This document shows positions 24,773-38,657 of a stretch of DNA of 64,000 nt, one piece after another. Where the stretch lies: contig OX597815.1 of NCBI GenBank assembly GCA_951406725.2, forward strand, positions 30,256,001-30,320,000, written 5' to 3'. Origin of the DNA: Octopus vulgaris (Eukaryota). The translations under genes and the position numbers were made by a program. How positions within the stretch are numbered: the stretch's first letter is position 1; each line of letters starts with the position of its first letter. Under the pieces are notes generated by a model, which worked only from the letters and a program-made list of their open reading frames with translations, did no database searches and was not told the origin of the DNA.

Positions 24773-25617
24773 ACTCTGTGTGTGTTGTGTTGTGTTCATG
24801 TGTGTGTTTGTATTTTAATTTTATTTCTTTTCTATTGCGTATTATTAATTCTGGTAGCATAGGTTTTAATATCTGATAGAAACTATAGTGGTACGGCACT
24901 GAGTCAATTGAAAGGACGGAAAGAGACCCCATTCACAGTTTCTCCGCCCCTTTCTTCCATATAAGTAGTGGCTTTGGGTATATTGAAGATAATACAAATG
25001 AGAAAACGATGAAATATAAACTGATAAAAGATGGTATAATGGAGTTATAGAACAAGTGCGACAGGAAATGGCAATGTTTTCAATTTTTTATATTAGATTT
25101 ATATATGTCTCATAATATATTAGGATATGGCGTGAATATATTTGATACAGATCAGTGGAGCTTGGCTTGAAGAGTGTGAAAAAAAAAAAGGGGAAATGAT
25201 AGGTTGAGCAAACGTAAAGAGAAAGTGATAGAGAGGAGGAGATGAGGCGAGAGACGAGAAGGTGGAAGAAAGAAAAGGCGATCTACCTGTTTTAATGTAA
25301 GTGTTGTTGTGAAGGGTGGCGTCATTATCGATATTGTGAAAAGTTGTAAACGTATGAAGCTAATTTTTCTTACCATCGTTTCCATTGCTGTTTACATCGT
25401 TGTTTTTATCATTTTCATTGCCATCGCTTTCATTGCTATTATTGTTTTAACTGCTACCATCACATCATCAACGACGGCGTTATCGTTGCAGTTGTTAACA
25501 TTGTCCTTTCATTTAATTCATAAGATTATCCTAGCTGATGTCATTTCTTTTACTGAAATGTCCATTGTCTCTACCATCACACTCAATTGAAGTCTTTATC
25601 GTGTACATACATCAGTA

Positions 25618-25917
25618 GTGGAGGCACATGGCCTAGCGGTTAGAGCAGTGGACTCGCGGTCGAGGGATCGCGGGTACGAATCTCAGACCGGGCGATGTGT
25701 GTGTTTATGAGCGAAACACCTAAGCTCCACGCGGCTCCGGCAGAAGGTAAAGGCGAACCTCTGGTGACTCTTTCGCCACAACCTTCTCTCACTCTTTCCT
25801 CCTGCAGCTTGCAGCTCCCCTGCGACGGACCGGCGTCCCGTCCAGGTGGGGGACCTATACGCCAAGGAAACCGGGAAACCGGCCCTTATGAGCCAGGCGT
25901 GGCTCGAGAAGGAACAA
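25618..25917 (+). mobile_element. tRNA-derived SINE family C
   Basis: Homologous to 21754-22047; degenerate TSD acatacatcagta/acattcatcacta. Confidence 0.9.
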
Positions 25918-26625
25918 ACATTCATCACTAATTAGTTCAAATCATCAACTTCGTCACTCATTTGAAACTGTTCTCATTGTCATCCTGTAGATCTACATTA
26001 TCAACCTTGTCAGTCTTGCTGTTCACATTGTCCCTTACAACATCTGAGAGATTCAATGTAATACATCCGATAGCAAACTCAAATAAAAAAAAATACGATG
26101 CAAAATTTTCTCGATTAATACCGCTCTATTTCATATATATAAATTTCTGGATTCAACGTCATGAGAACAATAAATTAAACAAAATACATAATACGCTTCC
26201 ATTCTGTCCGACTCCATATGGTTTTTACATTCACATCAGATAATATATCATAGAGCGTATTAAATTCATACAGTGAAATGTAAACATAAAATACCAGCAA
26301 ACATAATCAATGCGCGTCCAACTACTACCCCTCGGTTCGTTATCAGAAGCTATCATCCAAATATTGATCATAAATAGATTTAATTAAGCATTGTGTTGAA
26401 CATCACCATCTGGTCCATGATACCTATATTTTAAACAACAGTGTTGTTGGTTGATTTAGTGTATAGCTGACGGCGTGAGTGACGCCTGCTGACATGTGTC
26501 ATTAATTTAGTTTCTCGAAAATCATCTATGTCCGTCGACGAAATACACCTGCAAAAAATATACATACATACTTATAAATATCTACACATACACGCACGCA
26601 CACAGACAGATATATATATATATAT

Positions 26626-26838
26626 CGCCATGTTGATTCGCTAGCTTCTGCACGCATTTTTTTTCTCTCCTTGTTTCTCTCCGTGTTTCTTTTCTGTGTA
26701 TCTTTCTGTTGAAGAGCGTAGGCTCGAAACGTAAAAGACTTGTTTTATTTATATTCCTGAGCGCCATACTAATACAATTGTTTGTTTGTATTCCACCTGC
26801 CTTCGTCTTTTTTTTATTTTCATATAGCTTCCCGTTAT
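26626..26838 (+). mobile_element. PLE-type terminal repeat remnant between (TA)n arrays
   Basis: Homologous to 2786-2975 (opposite strand); contains the hammerhead-like motif at 26701-26738. Confidence 0.6.
26701..26738 (+). ncRNA. Hammerhead-like motif with variant core CUGUUGA
   Basis: UCUUU-CUGUUGA-A-GAGC-guag-GCUC-GAA-ACGU-A-AAAGA. Confidence 0.62.
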
Positions 26839-27210
26839 ATATATATATATATATATTCATACACGTTCCACCAAATTCTACTCAAATGGCATTCGAAACC
26901 TGAAGGCTGCAGCTGAAGACAATTGTTAGGATCTAATCCAGAATCCAGTACCTTCGAAATGGTCTTCTAACCGCATATTTGCGTCAATTTCTGAAACAAC
27001 GTAAGAAAAAGTAATAGAAAAATAGGTATAATTGATATACTAGGACTGACATGGAGATAAACAGCAATCACATAATCACGTATCATTGTTATTGATTAGC
27101 TCCAGGTCAGCTCTAATCAAGCTGACCTATTTCGAAGGTATTCCAACAACGGCAATCCCATCGTATTAGTGGTCTTTTAAAAATACCTTATCAAACGTGT
27201 TCTATACTTA

Positions 27211-27577
27211 TCTCTCTCTATATAAAGCTGAAGTTGTCTGTGTATGGTAGGTTTGGTAGCCTTCAACTAACACTATCTCCTCCGCGACCCTTCGACACAA
27301 GTTGACCAAAATTGAGAGTATGATAGAAGAAAAAATTTAAATCGGACCATGTTAACACCAAAAATTATTTACATAAAAAGGTGCTTTTTTTCTATGAAAA
27401 TCCCTATTTTTTACGATTTTTTGACTGTTGTGTCGCCATTTTTCGGTGTATTTCAACCAGAAAAAAATGTTCACTTAAAGAGAATAAGAAGCTACATAAT
27501 GCAAAAGTTTTAGTTTTCAAAAATTCCAATTCTAAAGGGTCGAAACAAAGCCGAGCAACGCCGGGCAATACTGCTAA
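27211..27577 (+). mobile_element. Non-autonomous Helitron
   Basis: 5' a|TCTCTCTCTATATAAA start; 3' GC-rich hairpin ccgagcaacgccggg followed by CTAA|t (CTRR end); inserted between A and T with no TSD. Confidence 0.7.
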
Positions 27578-28990
27578 TTTTAAGATAGAAGAATGTTATT
27601 CAAGGGAAATTTGTCTGCTGCTTCTAGTAGGTGGAGCGACCATGTACAGACGCCTTCAGACATTTGTTTTCATTAGCTATATCAGGGATCTGTCAGCTTA
27701 ATGAAACCTACATCTACAAATCATAACCACAGAAGTTGAACTCAGGACCTTAAGCAACAAAACACTCGTAGCGATATTGTTGTGAAGTCGTCTTTCATAT
27801 TACAGCCAGGTTGATAGGACTGCTATTGAAGAACCATTGTTTTTTGAGTACAGACCTAATAAGTGTATAAATGGGAAGAGAAGAATTGCTATCTAATTGG
27901 TTGATTGTTATTTGCTCTTCCATCGACTTGGTCATCCACGCTACTATTTTCTAATGATAGAGAAAAAAAAACATCCATACGAAAGAAATCAGCAGCGTGT
28001 GGCAAATCACATATGAATTTAAAGCTCATAGCATCCGGAGACGTCAGACTATCTAAGTCATTCTCTTTAACTTTCCTATAATAAATTCTGACTAGCTCTG
28101 TGTATGAAGTGACCGAAGCGAAAATCTTGCAGACAGCCAGTATTTTTTATTTATTTATTAGAGAGACAGCACGTCAATAAAATCTAATTAAATTCTTAAA
28201 ACTTAAATGCTTCTTTTCCTCCAATTTTAGTTTAATTTATTTCTTTTAAACAGAGTTGAAACTATCAAGTTATAAATTTTATTTCTTTGAATGGTTTTAG
28301 ATATTCTCTCGTATGGTGATTTAAATCATTTTTATCTTAACGCTGCTCAAGAGAAAACCGGAAATATATGGAATAGAAAGTAAATGAAATGTTATATTTG
28401 CGTTTATTAAATGAAACCCCCTCCGTCCCCCTCTCTCTATCCCTCTCTCTTTATCTCTATCTATCTATCCTTCCGTCTCAATTTCTCACTATAATGTTTG
28501 TGTGTGTGTGCTTGCGCGCTCTATAAATGTACATATATCGAATTGAGTTGATTACGGATCCGATAAGACAAAGCGTTCTGCGTGGAAACTTGTAGACGAA
28601 AACTACAGAAGACCGTCATCTGTATGTAATGTACTGCTGATGAAGTCAAAGCGGCGACGACGCGATTATACACCGTGTCTTAGATATATTATAAATACGG
28701 AAGATCAACTTACCTTCATGTTTGAACACAGCTGATTTTCTCTCAAGAAAGAGTGTAAGACAGGACCAGAAACAGTAAAATATCGACACCTATCTGATAC
28801 TTTATTTATCGAACTCAAAAGGATGCAAAGCAAAATTCATGTCAGCGGAAATTCAACTCAGAGTAACTAAAGGGAGGCATCTGGTGATTTTCTCATTTCA
28901 CCTTAAACACATATACACGTGCGCGCGTACACATATATGCAAATGCGTGTTACATGCTTGCTTGTCAGTCCTGATAATACCTAACAATAA

Positions 28991-29422
28991 GGCGGCGAAC
29001 TGGCAGAATCGTTAGCACGTCGGGCGAAATGCTGAGCGGTATTTCGTCTGCCGTTACGTTCTGAGTTCAAATTCCGCTGAGGTCGACTTTGCCTTTCTTC
29101 CTTTCGGAGTCGATAAATTAAGTACCAGTTACGCACTGGGGTCGATGTAATCGACTTAATCCGTTTGTCTATCCTTGTTTCTCCCCTCTATGTCTTCTCT
29201 GTATTTATCCCCTTGTGGGTAGTAAAGAAATAGAAATAGGTATTTCGTCTGTCGTTACGTTCTGAGTTCAAATTCTGCCGAGGTCGACTTTGCCTTTCAT
29301 CCTTTCGGGATCGATAAATAAAGTACCAGTTTAGCACTGGGGTCGATGTAATCGACTTAATCCCTTTGTCTGTTCTTGTTTGCCCCCTCTATGTTTAGCC
29401 CCTTGTGGGTAGTAAAGAAATA
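28991..29422 (+). mobile_element. SINE family A dimer
   Basis: Full head plus a second unit starting at ggtatttcgtc. Confidence 0.9.
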
Positions 29423-30914
29423 TATATAAAAGCTAACAATTTCAATTCGTGTTAAATTGTATTCTTTTAATTCCAGTTACTTAAACGTTTCACCAATAGT
29501 AATCGATAAAATCCTTGCAATATTAAAATATGTCATGGGGGAGGTATGTTCGACGAGTATCCTTCAGCTTATCCGGAGTCCAGTAGTAGAAAACCATAAA
29601 TAAAAGAAAAGGATAACATGTACTTTTTTGTGTTTACTATATTGGAAAAGTACAAGAAATATGAAATATGTTGTACGTTAGGAGTCGCAGAACCACACAC
29701 ATGATTAGATTTTTCTTTACGAGATTGAATTCACTATGTGTTTATTACTCACTATCTGTCTTTGTTTGCCTTGCTGGATCACAGAAATAATATATATTTC
29801 CCCCTTATTCAAAAATTATAATTATTAATGTACAGTCAAGAGCGTTGACAGACAGAAAAGTAGACCACCTACAAAAGGGTCTTGCTATGTTAATTACGTC
29901 ACTTTACGTTCTGAGTTTTATCCCATTGTATTTCATTCTATTATGATGAATGTATGTAATAAGTTAAACTCCACAAAAGTGAGAAGTTGCATCAGATTTA
30001 GAAAACCTTATTAATGTAGCATCTCTAAGGCCAAGAGACATCGCGAATAGTAGATAATAAGATTAAATACATCGATATATTTTGTTAGACCAATTTGTGT
30101 TCTGAGTTTAAGTTCTGTCTGAGTTCACTTTACATATTTGTCCCTTCAGATCAAGTTTAAAAATATTGCCTGAAAGAAAGGCAGTATTTATGATGCTTTA
30201 TAAATATGTGACAAGTGGTGATTATGAAGGATAGAATCTCCAAATTGAGGAGCTGGTCTGAATACTTGTAACAGAGTGGATTCCACTAAAGGCAGCCAAA
30301 ATATTAGCCATTCGACCAACGAATTTATTCTGCCACCAGAGTAGGCGATAGAGGAGTTGGAATTCAGATCGCAAAAAGGCAAAATAAACCGCAAGGTTTT
30401 GGTTGCTATTATATATGGGTATTAGAAATCTGTTGGAAATTTCGGCCGCCTATAATATTTCTTATACTCAACTGTATAAATGTTAAAAATAATTAATCTG
30501 ATGTTAAAATTAGAAATCATTATTATAGTAATTAAATGGAAGTTGTCAGTATTCTATTTCTCTTTTAATTGCTGAACCGAAAGATATATTGTCATGAAAA
30601 TGCTATAGAAATTATAAATATCTCTTGTCTCCAACTGCAACCCAGATTTTAGTTGATTTCCACCATTTTCATTATCAAGTTTAAGAGTGTGATATAATTT
30701 GCTTAAGTTAAAGTACACTAATAGTGAAAAATCGGTTATTATGTTTGTTTCTAAATAGTAATTAATATTTTCATGTGGCCACTAATAAGAATATTTTTAT
30801 CACAAGTTAAACAAAAAATTATAAGCACTTCAAATACTTATTTGTTTACTTTATTCTATTTGCCTTTTGGGGAAAAATTACTCTTTGTACCAAAGTTGAC
30901 TATACAGAAAAGAC

Positions 30915-31300
30915 GTGGAGGCGCAATGGCCCAGTGGTTAGGGCAGCGGACTCGCGGTCATAGGATCGCGGTTTCGATTCCCAGACCGGGCGTTGTGAGT
31001 GTTTAATTGAGCGAAAACACCTAAAGCTCCACGAGGCTCCGGCAGGGGATGGTGGTGATCCCTGCTGTACTCTTTCACCACAACTTTCTCTCACTCTTAC
31101 TTCCTGTTTCTGTTGTACCTGTATTTCAAAGGGCCGGCCTTGTCACTCTCTGTGTCACGCTGAATATCCTCGAGAACTACGTTAAGGGTACACGTGTCTG
31201 TGGAGTGCTGAGCCACTTACACGTTAATTTCACGAGCAGGCTGTTCCGTTGATTCGGATCAACCGGAACCCTCGTCGTCGTAACCGACGGAGTGCTTCCA
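30915..31300 (+). mobile_element. SINE family B, full length
   Basis: Near-identical to 6203-6587. Confidence 0.9.
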
Positions 31301-31334
31301 TCCCATCCCATATGGAAAAGAATAACAGTTACAT

Positions 31335-32360
31335 AACTGAACGGTTCCCATTTCCAGTACGCTGAGTTACTCATTACCGATTATCACCTGGCAAACTGAG
31401 CCTGGTTTTCTTTAGAATTATTCTTTGTCTGAATATTTTTTGAAATATGGAATGAAAATCTGAAGAGAACACTTATCTTTATGTTTTTCCGTTTGAAAAC
31501 CTTTATGAACGACACGTGCGATAAACGGCTGTTTCAAAATCACGCTTCTGATTTTCTTTTCTGGTTCTCGTGGTAATATTATTACAGATAAGGCGGCGAG
31601 CTGGCAGAATCGTTAGCACGCCGGGCGAAATGCTTAGCGGTATTTCGTCTGCCGTTACGTTCTAAGTTCAAATTCCGCCGAGGTTGACTTTGCCTTTCAC
31701 CCTTTCGGGATCGATAAATTAAATACCAGTTACGCACTGGAGTCGATGTAATCGACTTAATCCGTTTGTCTGTCATTGTTTGTCCTCTCTGTGTTTAGCC
31801 CCTTGTGGGTAGTAAACATAAGTATTTCGTCTGCCGCTACGTTCCTAGTTCAAATTCTACCGAGGTCGACTTTGCCTTTAATCCTTTCGGGGTCGATTAA
31901 ATAAGTACCAGTTACGCACCGGGGCCGATGTAATCGACTTAATCCATTTGCCTGTCCTTGTTTGTCCTCTCTGTGTTTAGCCCCTTGTGGGTAGTAAACA
32001 TACGTATTTCGTCTGCCGCTACGTTCCTGAGTTCAAATTCCGCCGAGGTCGACTTTGCCTTTCATCCTTTCGGGGTCGATTAAATAAGTACCAGTTACGC
32101 ACTGGGGCCGATGTAATCGACTTAATCCGTTTGTCTGTCCTTGTTTGTCCTCTCTGTGTTTAGCCCCTTGTGGGTAGTAATGAAATAGGTAAATATTATA
32201 ACAAATGTCATAAACTCCATGATAAAGTTAAGCGCTTCATTCCATATTTCAAAATATTGTCATACAGGGAATATTTCAAGACAAAAGCAGTCTCGGTTTA
32301 CCAGCTGATGATGGGAAACGAGTAACTCTGTGAACTGAAAATCGGAGCCCCTCCATTATA
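31335..32360. mobile_element. Old MITE-like element with ~115-bp degenerate inverted arms, interrupted by a SINE A trimer
   Basis: 31343-31458 (ggttcccatttccagtacgctgagttactcatt...tttgaaatatggaatgaa) is the reverse complement of 32235-32349 (ttcattccatatttcaaa...gagtaactctgtgaactgaaaatcggagcc). Confidence 0.6.
31592..32187 (+). mobile_element. SINE family A homotrimer
   Basis: Head plus two further ~180-bp units; degenerate TSD ggtaatattattacagat / ggtaaatattataacaaat. Confidence 0.9.
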
Positions 32361-32434
32361 ATGTGGTAAAGAATATTCTACATCTGTATTGAGTCCTGTC
32401 ACTTATCGCTTCACGTGAAACGACAGAGATATCC

Positions 32435-32508
<74 letters not shown>

Positions 32509-32509
32509 A

Positions 32510-32615
<106 letters not shown>

Positions 32616-32644
32616 CCCATATATGTGTGTGTATATATATATAT

Positions 32645-34040
32645 AAATGTCATTTTGTTTGCCCCGCCCTTCCCACTCAACGTTAAGACCTGTGTAGGAA
32701 AGATTTTCCTTGGATTAATAGACAAATATTTTACGCAAACACATAAATACAGGAATATATTTAACAGGCACAACCTAAGAGTCTCCTTTGGGTTGTGTCA
32801 CCTAACATAAATACATTTTATTAAGTATCCACAATATAAGAGAAGAGGCAGGTTGCTCTTGGGAGGTATTTAATAAACGTCGAGTAGGAGGTTGATGCGA
32901 AGCTAAAGGGGTCATGTATGAGGCTATGGAGATGCTTAGACCTAATATCCGTAATGACAGTAATGTAACATCGAACAACAGATTAACCACGTTTCACGCC
33001 AATACAGTTGCCACGTCCAGAGATAATAACCTATTTCTTTACTACTCACAAGGGGCTAAACACAGAGAGGACAAGCAAGGACAGACAAACGGATTACGTC
33101 GATTATATTGACCCCAGTGCGTAACTGGTACTTAATTTATCGACCCCGAAAGGATGAAAGGCAAAGTCGGTCTCGGCGGAATTTGAACTCGGAACGTAAC
33201 GGCAGACGAAATACTGCTAAGCATTTCGTCCGGCGTGCTAACGTTTCTGCCAGCTCGCCGCAATTTATCCAGAGAAAATAACCAAGCCAGGACCAGTATG
33301 ACAGAGAGCGTCACCGAAGATCTTGATATCCCCGCCACGGATAATGAACAAACCATAGATGCAGACAGAGTCACCAGTAAAAACGATGCACCTGGAAATA
33401 ATGGCCGATCCAGAACCAAGGTCTTAGACGAGGTATCTGCTATTCCCAGTTCCGCCACTTCTTATGAAGACCAAACATTCATCTCCGACACCGATGAGAT
33501 GACCAGCCCCGCGCCATATATTACTAGGAGTGCGAATAGGGCCACATCCCATGCTTACAAATATATTGGTTCAGCGAGTACTTCGTTCAAGAAACGTTTT
33601 CTTGGCCACCAGTCATCCTTCGGAATCCTGGAAAGATGGTTTGTCACGTCCCTGGCTCGCCACGTTTGGCACCTCAAACATCAAGGGACCCCGTATATAA
33701 ATGGAAGTGGCCGTTGCAAGATTTGTATCGCGGAGAGAGCCAAGATTCTTTAGGATTTTAAGAGGCCTGGTGCATTAAACAACCGTAAAGGAATATTTTC
33801 TAAATGTATCCACTTCAAGCGTTACGTACTAGTAAATTGGAACTCCCCGTTTGATCATTGAGCTTCTCCGAGTATATAACAGTTTTCCCCCTCTGTTTAA
33901 GGGGAAAAACCCGTGCTCATTAATGTTTTTCGTATTCCTCTAATTCTGAGCGTTTCCTCACATCAGCGACGTAGGTAGTTTTAAATTTTGTATTCATATA
34001 GAGTCTGACGAGCTGTCCACAAGGCTTTAGCTTTGTGGGT
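32645..34040 (+). mobile_element. Penelope-like element (Neptune-type) 3' fragment: RT thumb/linker, GIY-YIG endonuclease, 3' region with truncated hammerhead
   Basis: [45 protein letters not shown]; YIGSASTSFKKRFLGHQSSF..TSLARHVWHLK..CKICIAERAKI..LNNRKGIFSKCIH; begins at a TA run; CUGACGA plus hairpin at 34005-34039. Confidence 0.85.
33032..33260 (-). mobile_element. SINE family A monomer inserted in the Penelope fragment
   Basis: TSD tccagaga(t/a)aataacc at 33016-33031 and 33268-33283. Confidence 0.9.
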
Positions 34041-34480
34041 GTCACACTCGAGACTGCTCCAATCTGGCCGTCCCCAAGAAAATCTAAGCTAAGAGCACTA
34101 GATTCATTGGAAGAAAGCAAGCGAATGTATACGTAAACAAGGATGAAATAAATCGGAGGAAACTTACACAGTTACAAATACAAACAACAAGACATTAGCA
34201 ACAGGTGTCTTTCGACTAGGGACGAATTAAATTACGCTGGCGTGTGTGGAGTGAAGTCTTACGGCAGGAACATAAGCGATGAAAGTCATGGAAAGGAATA
34301 TAGATGTTGCACAGATGGTAGTCGAACCAAGAAAGAGGTCAGGTTTGGAGGAACACTGGTCACGTGGAAGGAGAGGAGAGAGGTAGGGGGCCGAGGGATT
34401 GAAGAATTAGGGAGGGACGAGAAAGAGAGAAAAAGAAAGGAAAGGGACATAGAGTAAGGTACCAGGGAAGTAAAAGGGAA
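34036..34480. repeat. Interspersed repeat also present at ~60900-61205 (probable PLE terminal region), ending in (TA)n
   Basis: Shared cacact(c/t)gaga..ccaa..tgg..ccccaa.aaaatctaagctaa.agca...agaaagca.gcgaatgtatacg. Confidence 0.6.
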
Positions 34481-34483
34481 ATG

Positions 34484-34531
<48 letters not shown>

Positions 34532-34553
34532 TATATGTGTATATATACATACA

Positions 34554-34598
<45 letters not shown>

Positions 34599-35640
34599 TC
34601 ATACATATATATACATACATACATATATACACACACACACATACACATATGTGTGTATGTATATATGTATTTATGAATATATGTATGTAAGCATGTGTGG
34701 ATGTGTGTGTTACGTGTGTATTTTATTAAAAACAATTCAAGAAAACCAATTTTGCTTCGTCACATATGTGCTTACTTGGATAGCATTTACATAAGTGAAA
34801 TGATGAGAGTCAAAGAGAAAAAAGAGGTATACCTCAACCTCATGATGATCCGGATTTGCGTCCCTCTATAAATTTTAGATGAAGCCATGCAAAATCGATA
34901 CTGTGGAATATACCAAGGAAAGGAAAATAAATTATCCTTTCATTTCGTCTCTAAAATCTCTGCTAAATTCCTCTTTTGTCAAGTTCTTAGAAGCAAACAG
35001 TAACCCCTTCAGAAGGAAGTCTCTGCGATAATGAAAATAAATTGCACACCATTTCAGCTCGAATGAGATAAAGGTAAATGGTTATATATGCCTTACTGCA
35101 TCCATTTCCTTCTAAGGGATATTGATCCTGAAAATAAAGGCCAACACGGTCGACTGAAAATTCTTTAGAATTCTCGTTTAATGTTTTCTTTGCTTCAGAT
35201 TTCTATATAACGTATCGTTTTATTTTCTATACCTTGATTATTTCCTTAATTTGTTCTAATTTCTTCCTTTTAAAATTTATTGTGAGTAAACAACTTGAAG
35301 CCCTATTGAGCCAAATCTATAAAAGTCTTTTTTATCTGTTGTATGTTCCCTCCGCATTTTAATCCTCGCAACTAAACTAGCACCGGATATATATATTAAT
35401 GCTCTCTCTAAAATGTAACCGTTCTCAGTTACTAGTCATGTTTAATATCTTCTGGCATATCGGAAAAATGAATAGCGGCTTTGCATCTGTCTTTACGTTC
35501 TGAGTACGAATACCGCCGAGGCCGACTTTGCCTTCCATGCTTCGAGGTCAATAAAATACGTAACAGTCGAGTACTGTGGTCGATATAATGGATTTGGCCC
35601 ACTCCCTCTGAATTTTAGGGTTTTGCCTTTAGTAGAAAGG

Positions 35641-35697
<57 letters not shown>

Positions 35698-35831
35698 ATA
35701 ATTATTATTATTATTATTATTACTACTATTATTGTTGTTGTCGTTGTTATTATTGCGTTTGCACAGCTTCTAACGGCGGAGATGTACTACGGTGTCAGCT
35801 GTTTACTACCACTGAACTAAGGTAACACCTC

Positions 35832-36010
35832 TTAAATTTCGAGCACCTTCCGGTGTATTCGAGCGGTTCCAAGCAGTGCTGTTTTCTGCAAGTGCTCTAC
35901 CCTTATTGCAGCCCCTATTTGCTCCATGTACTTCTCGACATTTTTACTCACTGTTCCCAGGGCTCCGACAATTTTTGGTACCACTACCACCTTTTTTACT
36001 GACATGTCAT
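35832..36010 (-). mobile_element. R4/Dong-type LINE extreme C-terminus
   Basis: VVVVPKIVGALGTV...LQKTALLGTARIHRKVL*; lies between (TAA)n arrays. Confidence 0.8.
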
Positions 36011-36016
36011 ACATAT

Positions 36017-36083
<67 letters not shown>

Positions 36084-36159
36084 TAATAACAATGATATTA
36101 ATAATATTCATATACACACAACAGATTAAACTGTTGAAAAGAAAAAAAATCCTAACATA

Positions 36160-36300
36160 GGGCTGCAACAAGTAATCTTTGATGCCAAGAACCCTCCTAA
36201 GTATCTTAGCTGTCCCTAATAACACAGTTTTCTGCAGCTGAGGGAAGCTATTTTTTATATAGTTATACTCCATACAAGGAAAATGTTTCAGTTTCTTGAG
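36160..36300 (-). mobile_element. Second R4/Dong-type C-terminal fragment
   Basis: LQKTVLLGTAKILRRVLGI. Confidence 0.7.
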
Positions 36301-36356
36301 ATGGCTCACATTAAAACATATTTTTCTTTCATTGCTTTTGAGGATTGTTAATTGTT

Positions 36357-36371
36357 ATCATCATCATCATC

Positions 36372-36429
<58 letters not shown>

Positions 36430-36642
36430 ACATCATCACCATCATCATCATCATCATCATCATCGTCATCATCATCATCTTCATCATCATCATCATCAAC
36501 ATCGTCATCACCATCATCATCATCATCGTCATCATCATCATCATCATCATCATCATCAACATCACCATCATCATCGTCATCATCGTCATCATCATCATCA
36601 TCGTCATCATCGTCATCATCATAATCATCACCACCATCATCG

Positions 36643-36707
<65 letters not shown>
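36357..36707. repeat. (CAT)n microsatellite
   Basis: Direct inspection. Confidence 0.95.
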
Positions 36708-36708
<1 letters not shown>

Positions 36709-37053
36709 ATATTTTTGTTATTTGTTTTTTCTTGTGTTCAGAAGAATGCTAACGAATGTACTATCTTACAATCGGACTTTGGTAGCCATTTACAAGTAAC
36801 GTATTCCTATATATCGGTGAATATACTGTTTTCTGGGAATTTTAATTTAACCTAGTATTCACTCGTCATATATATATATATTCCCACATCTCTAGACAGT
36901 TTAGAATTAGCTTTCAATAACTATCTTTCTGTTGTTGTACCAGAAACACATTAGGAGTTTTGATTAAATCACTATTACACATCTTTCCTAAAACAGAAAT
37001 CTAACGAGGCAGCCTCTTCGTTTATTTTTCAGTAGGGTACTATAATCATCTTC

Positions 37054-37440
37054 GGAGGCGCAATGGCCCAGTGGTTAGGGCAGCGGACTCGCGGTGATAG
37101 GATCGCGGTTTCGATTCCCAGACCGGGCGTTGTGAGTGTTTATTGAGCGAAAACACCTAAAAGCTCCACGAAGCTCCAGCAGGGGATGGTGGTGATCCAT
37201 GCTGTACTCTTTCACCACAACTTTCTCTCACTCTTACTTCCTGTTTCTGTTGTACTTGTATTTCAAAGGGCCGGCCTTGTCACTCTCTGTGTCACGCTGA
37301 ATATCCCCGAGAACTACGTTAAGGGTGCACGTGTCTGTGGAGTGCTCGGCCACTTACACGTTAATTTCACGAGCAGGCTGTTCCGTTGATTCGGATCAAC
37401 CGGAACCCTCATCGTCGTAACCGACGGAGTGCTTCCATCC
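37054..37440 (+). mobile_element. SINE family B, full length
   Basis: TSD ataatcatcttc at 37042-37053 and 37441-37452. Confidence 0.9.
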
Positions 37441-38657
37441 ATAATCATCTTCACAGAAGAAAGGTTGATAGTAACTTTGATTTTTCTCCTCACTTGTCTT
37501 CCTCAGGTGGCTGGAACTTTGAAGCCACAGTCGCTCTTTTCTTTATGATAATTTACAAGTTTTGTGTGTGTGTATGTGCGCGCGCGCGTGTGTGTGTAAC
37601 TCTCACAAATTTGAATCCGCCAGAATTAGTACTCATAACGTAAAGTGTCTGCAGAAATGTAGTAAATTCTTTATTTTGTCATTCTGACGATCCTATCAGC
37701 TCGTTGCTTCGTTTGAAATAAAATAATTGCTTCTTAATTAGGTACAAAACGAAGTAAATTTGAAAGATTAGGTGATACGATCCACGTTAGCACTTACCAG
37801 CACTTAACTACAACTTTAGTTTATCATCCCTGTAGGCATGAAAGAAGAAGCTGATCGCGGCATCATTTGAAATCAGAACTTAAGAATGCGAAACAAATAA
37901 CGGCTTCGAATTTTGGCACAATGCCAGCAATTGGCAGAAAACGCTTTCTAAAGGTGCCGCTTAATGCAATTGTATCTGCAATCTGGTGGTTGTGAAGTGA
38001 AAGTCTTAACCGTGCGGCCGTGCCTGAGTTATATTATACCTTGCGCACAGAATTGGCACGTTAGTTAATGGAGTCCACGGTACACTATTCTTGAATAATT
38101 AAAAAAACAATCAAATGATGAAGGCTTGTGTATGACTGATAATAAATGTGGCTTAGCATGGAAGACTAAGAGATGAACAACAACAAGCGACGAATATTTA
38201 GATAACTTTTAACTGATTTAGACAGTTTGTATTGAATTCTGACAGACTCAAATCCAGTTATTTTCGTTACGCTAGACAGTTACGCTAGGATTGTTATGAA
38301 CTATCTTAGAATTGTGGAGGTTCATAACAGTACTATATAGCTCTTTTCCCAAGGAGTTGAACTCGGGTTACATAGTCTGCGTATAGAGGTATTACTACTT
38401 TGTGAGGAGAGCGTGAAATATACTTTGTACGCATATTTCGTGGGAATTAGTTGAAGACGTAGTGGTGATACAATACCTTACCTCATTGTACTTATATCCG
38501 AGTTTTGTCTTGTTTAACTAGGTTGTTCGGATAGAAAACAAATAAAGAAGGGGTATCCTCATGAAATATCTTTCTTCTTGCAAGGTTGAGATTTGCTTTC
38601 TTAATCGCATACTTTTGTTCGTATCCTCAGCATATTTTGCTTTTGATTCAGCATACA

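Noticed and set aside
32305-32330. CUGAUGA-ugg-GAAA
   Set aside because: No stem II or stem I; part of a MITE arm
34200-34270. Minus-strand GACU...AGUC-GAAA hammerhead-like piece
   Set aside because: No recognisable core or stem I
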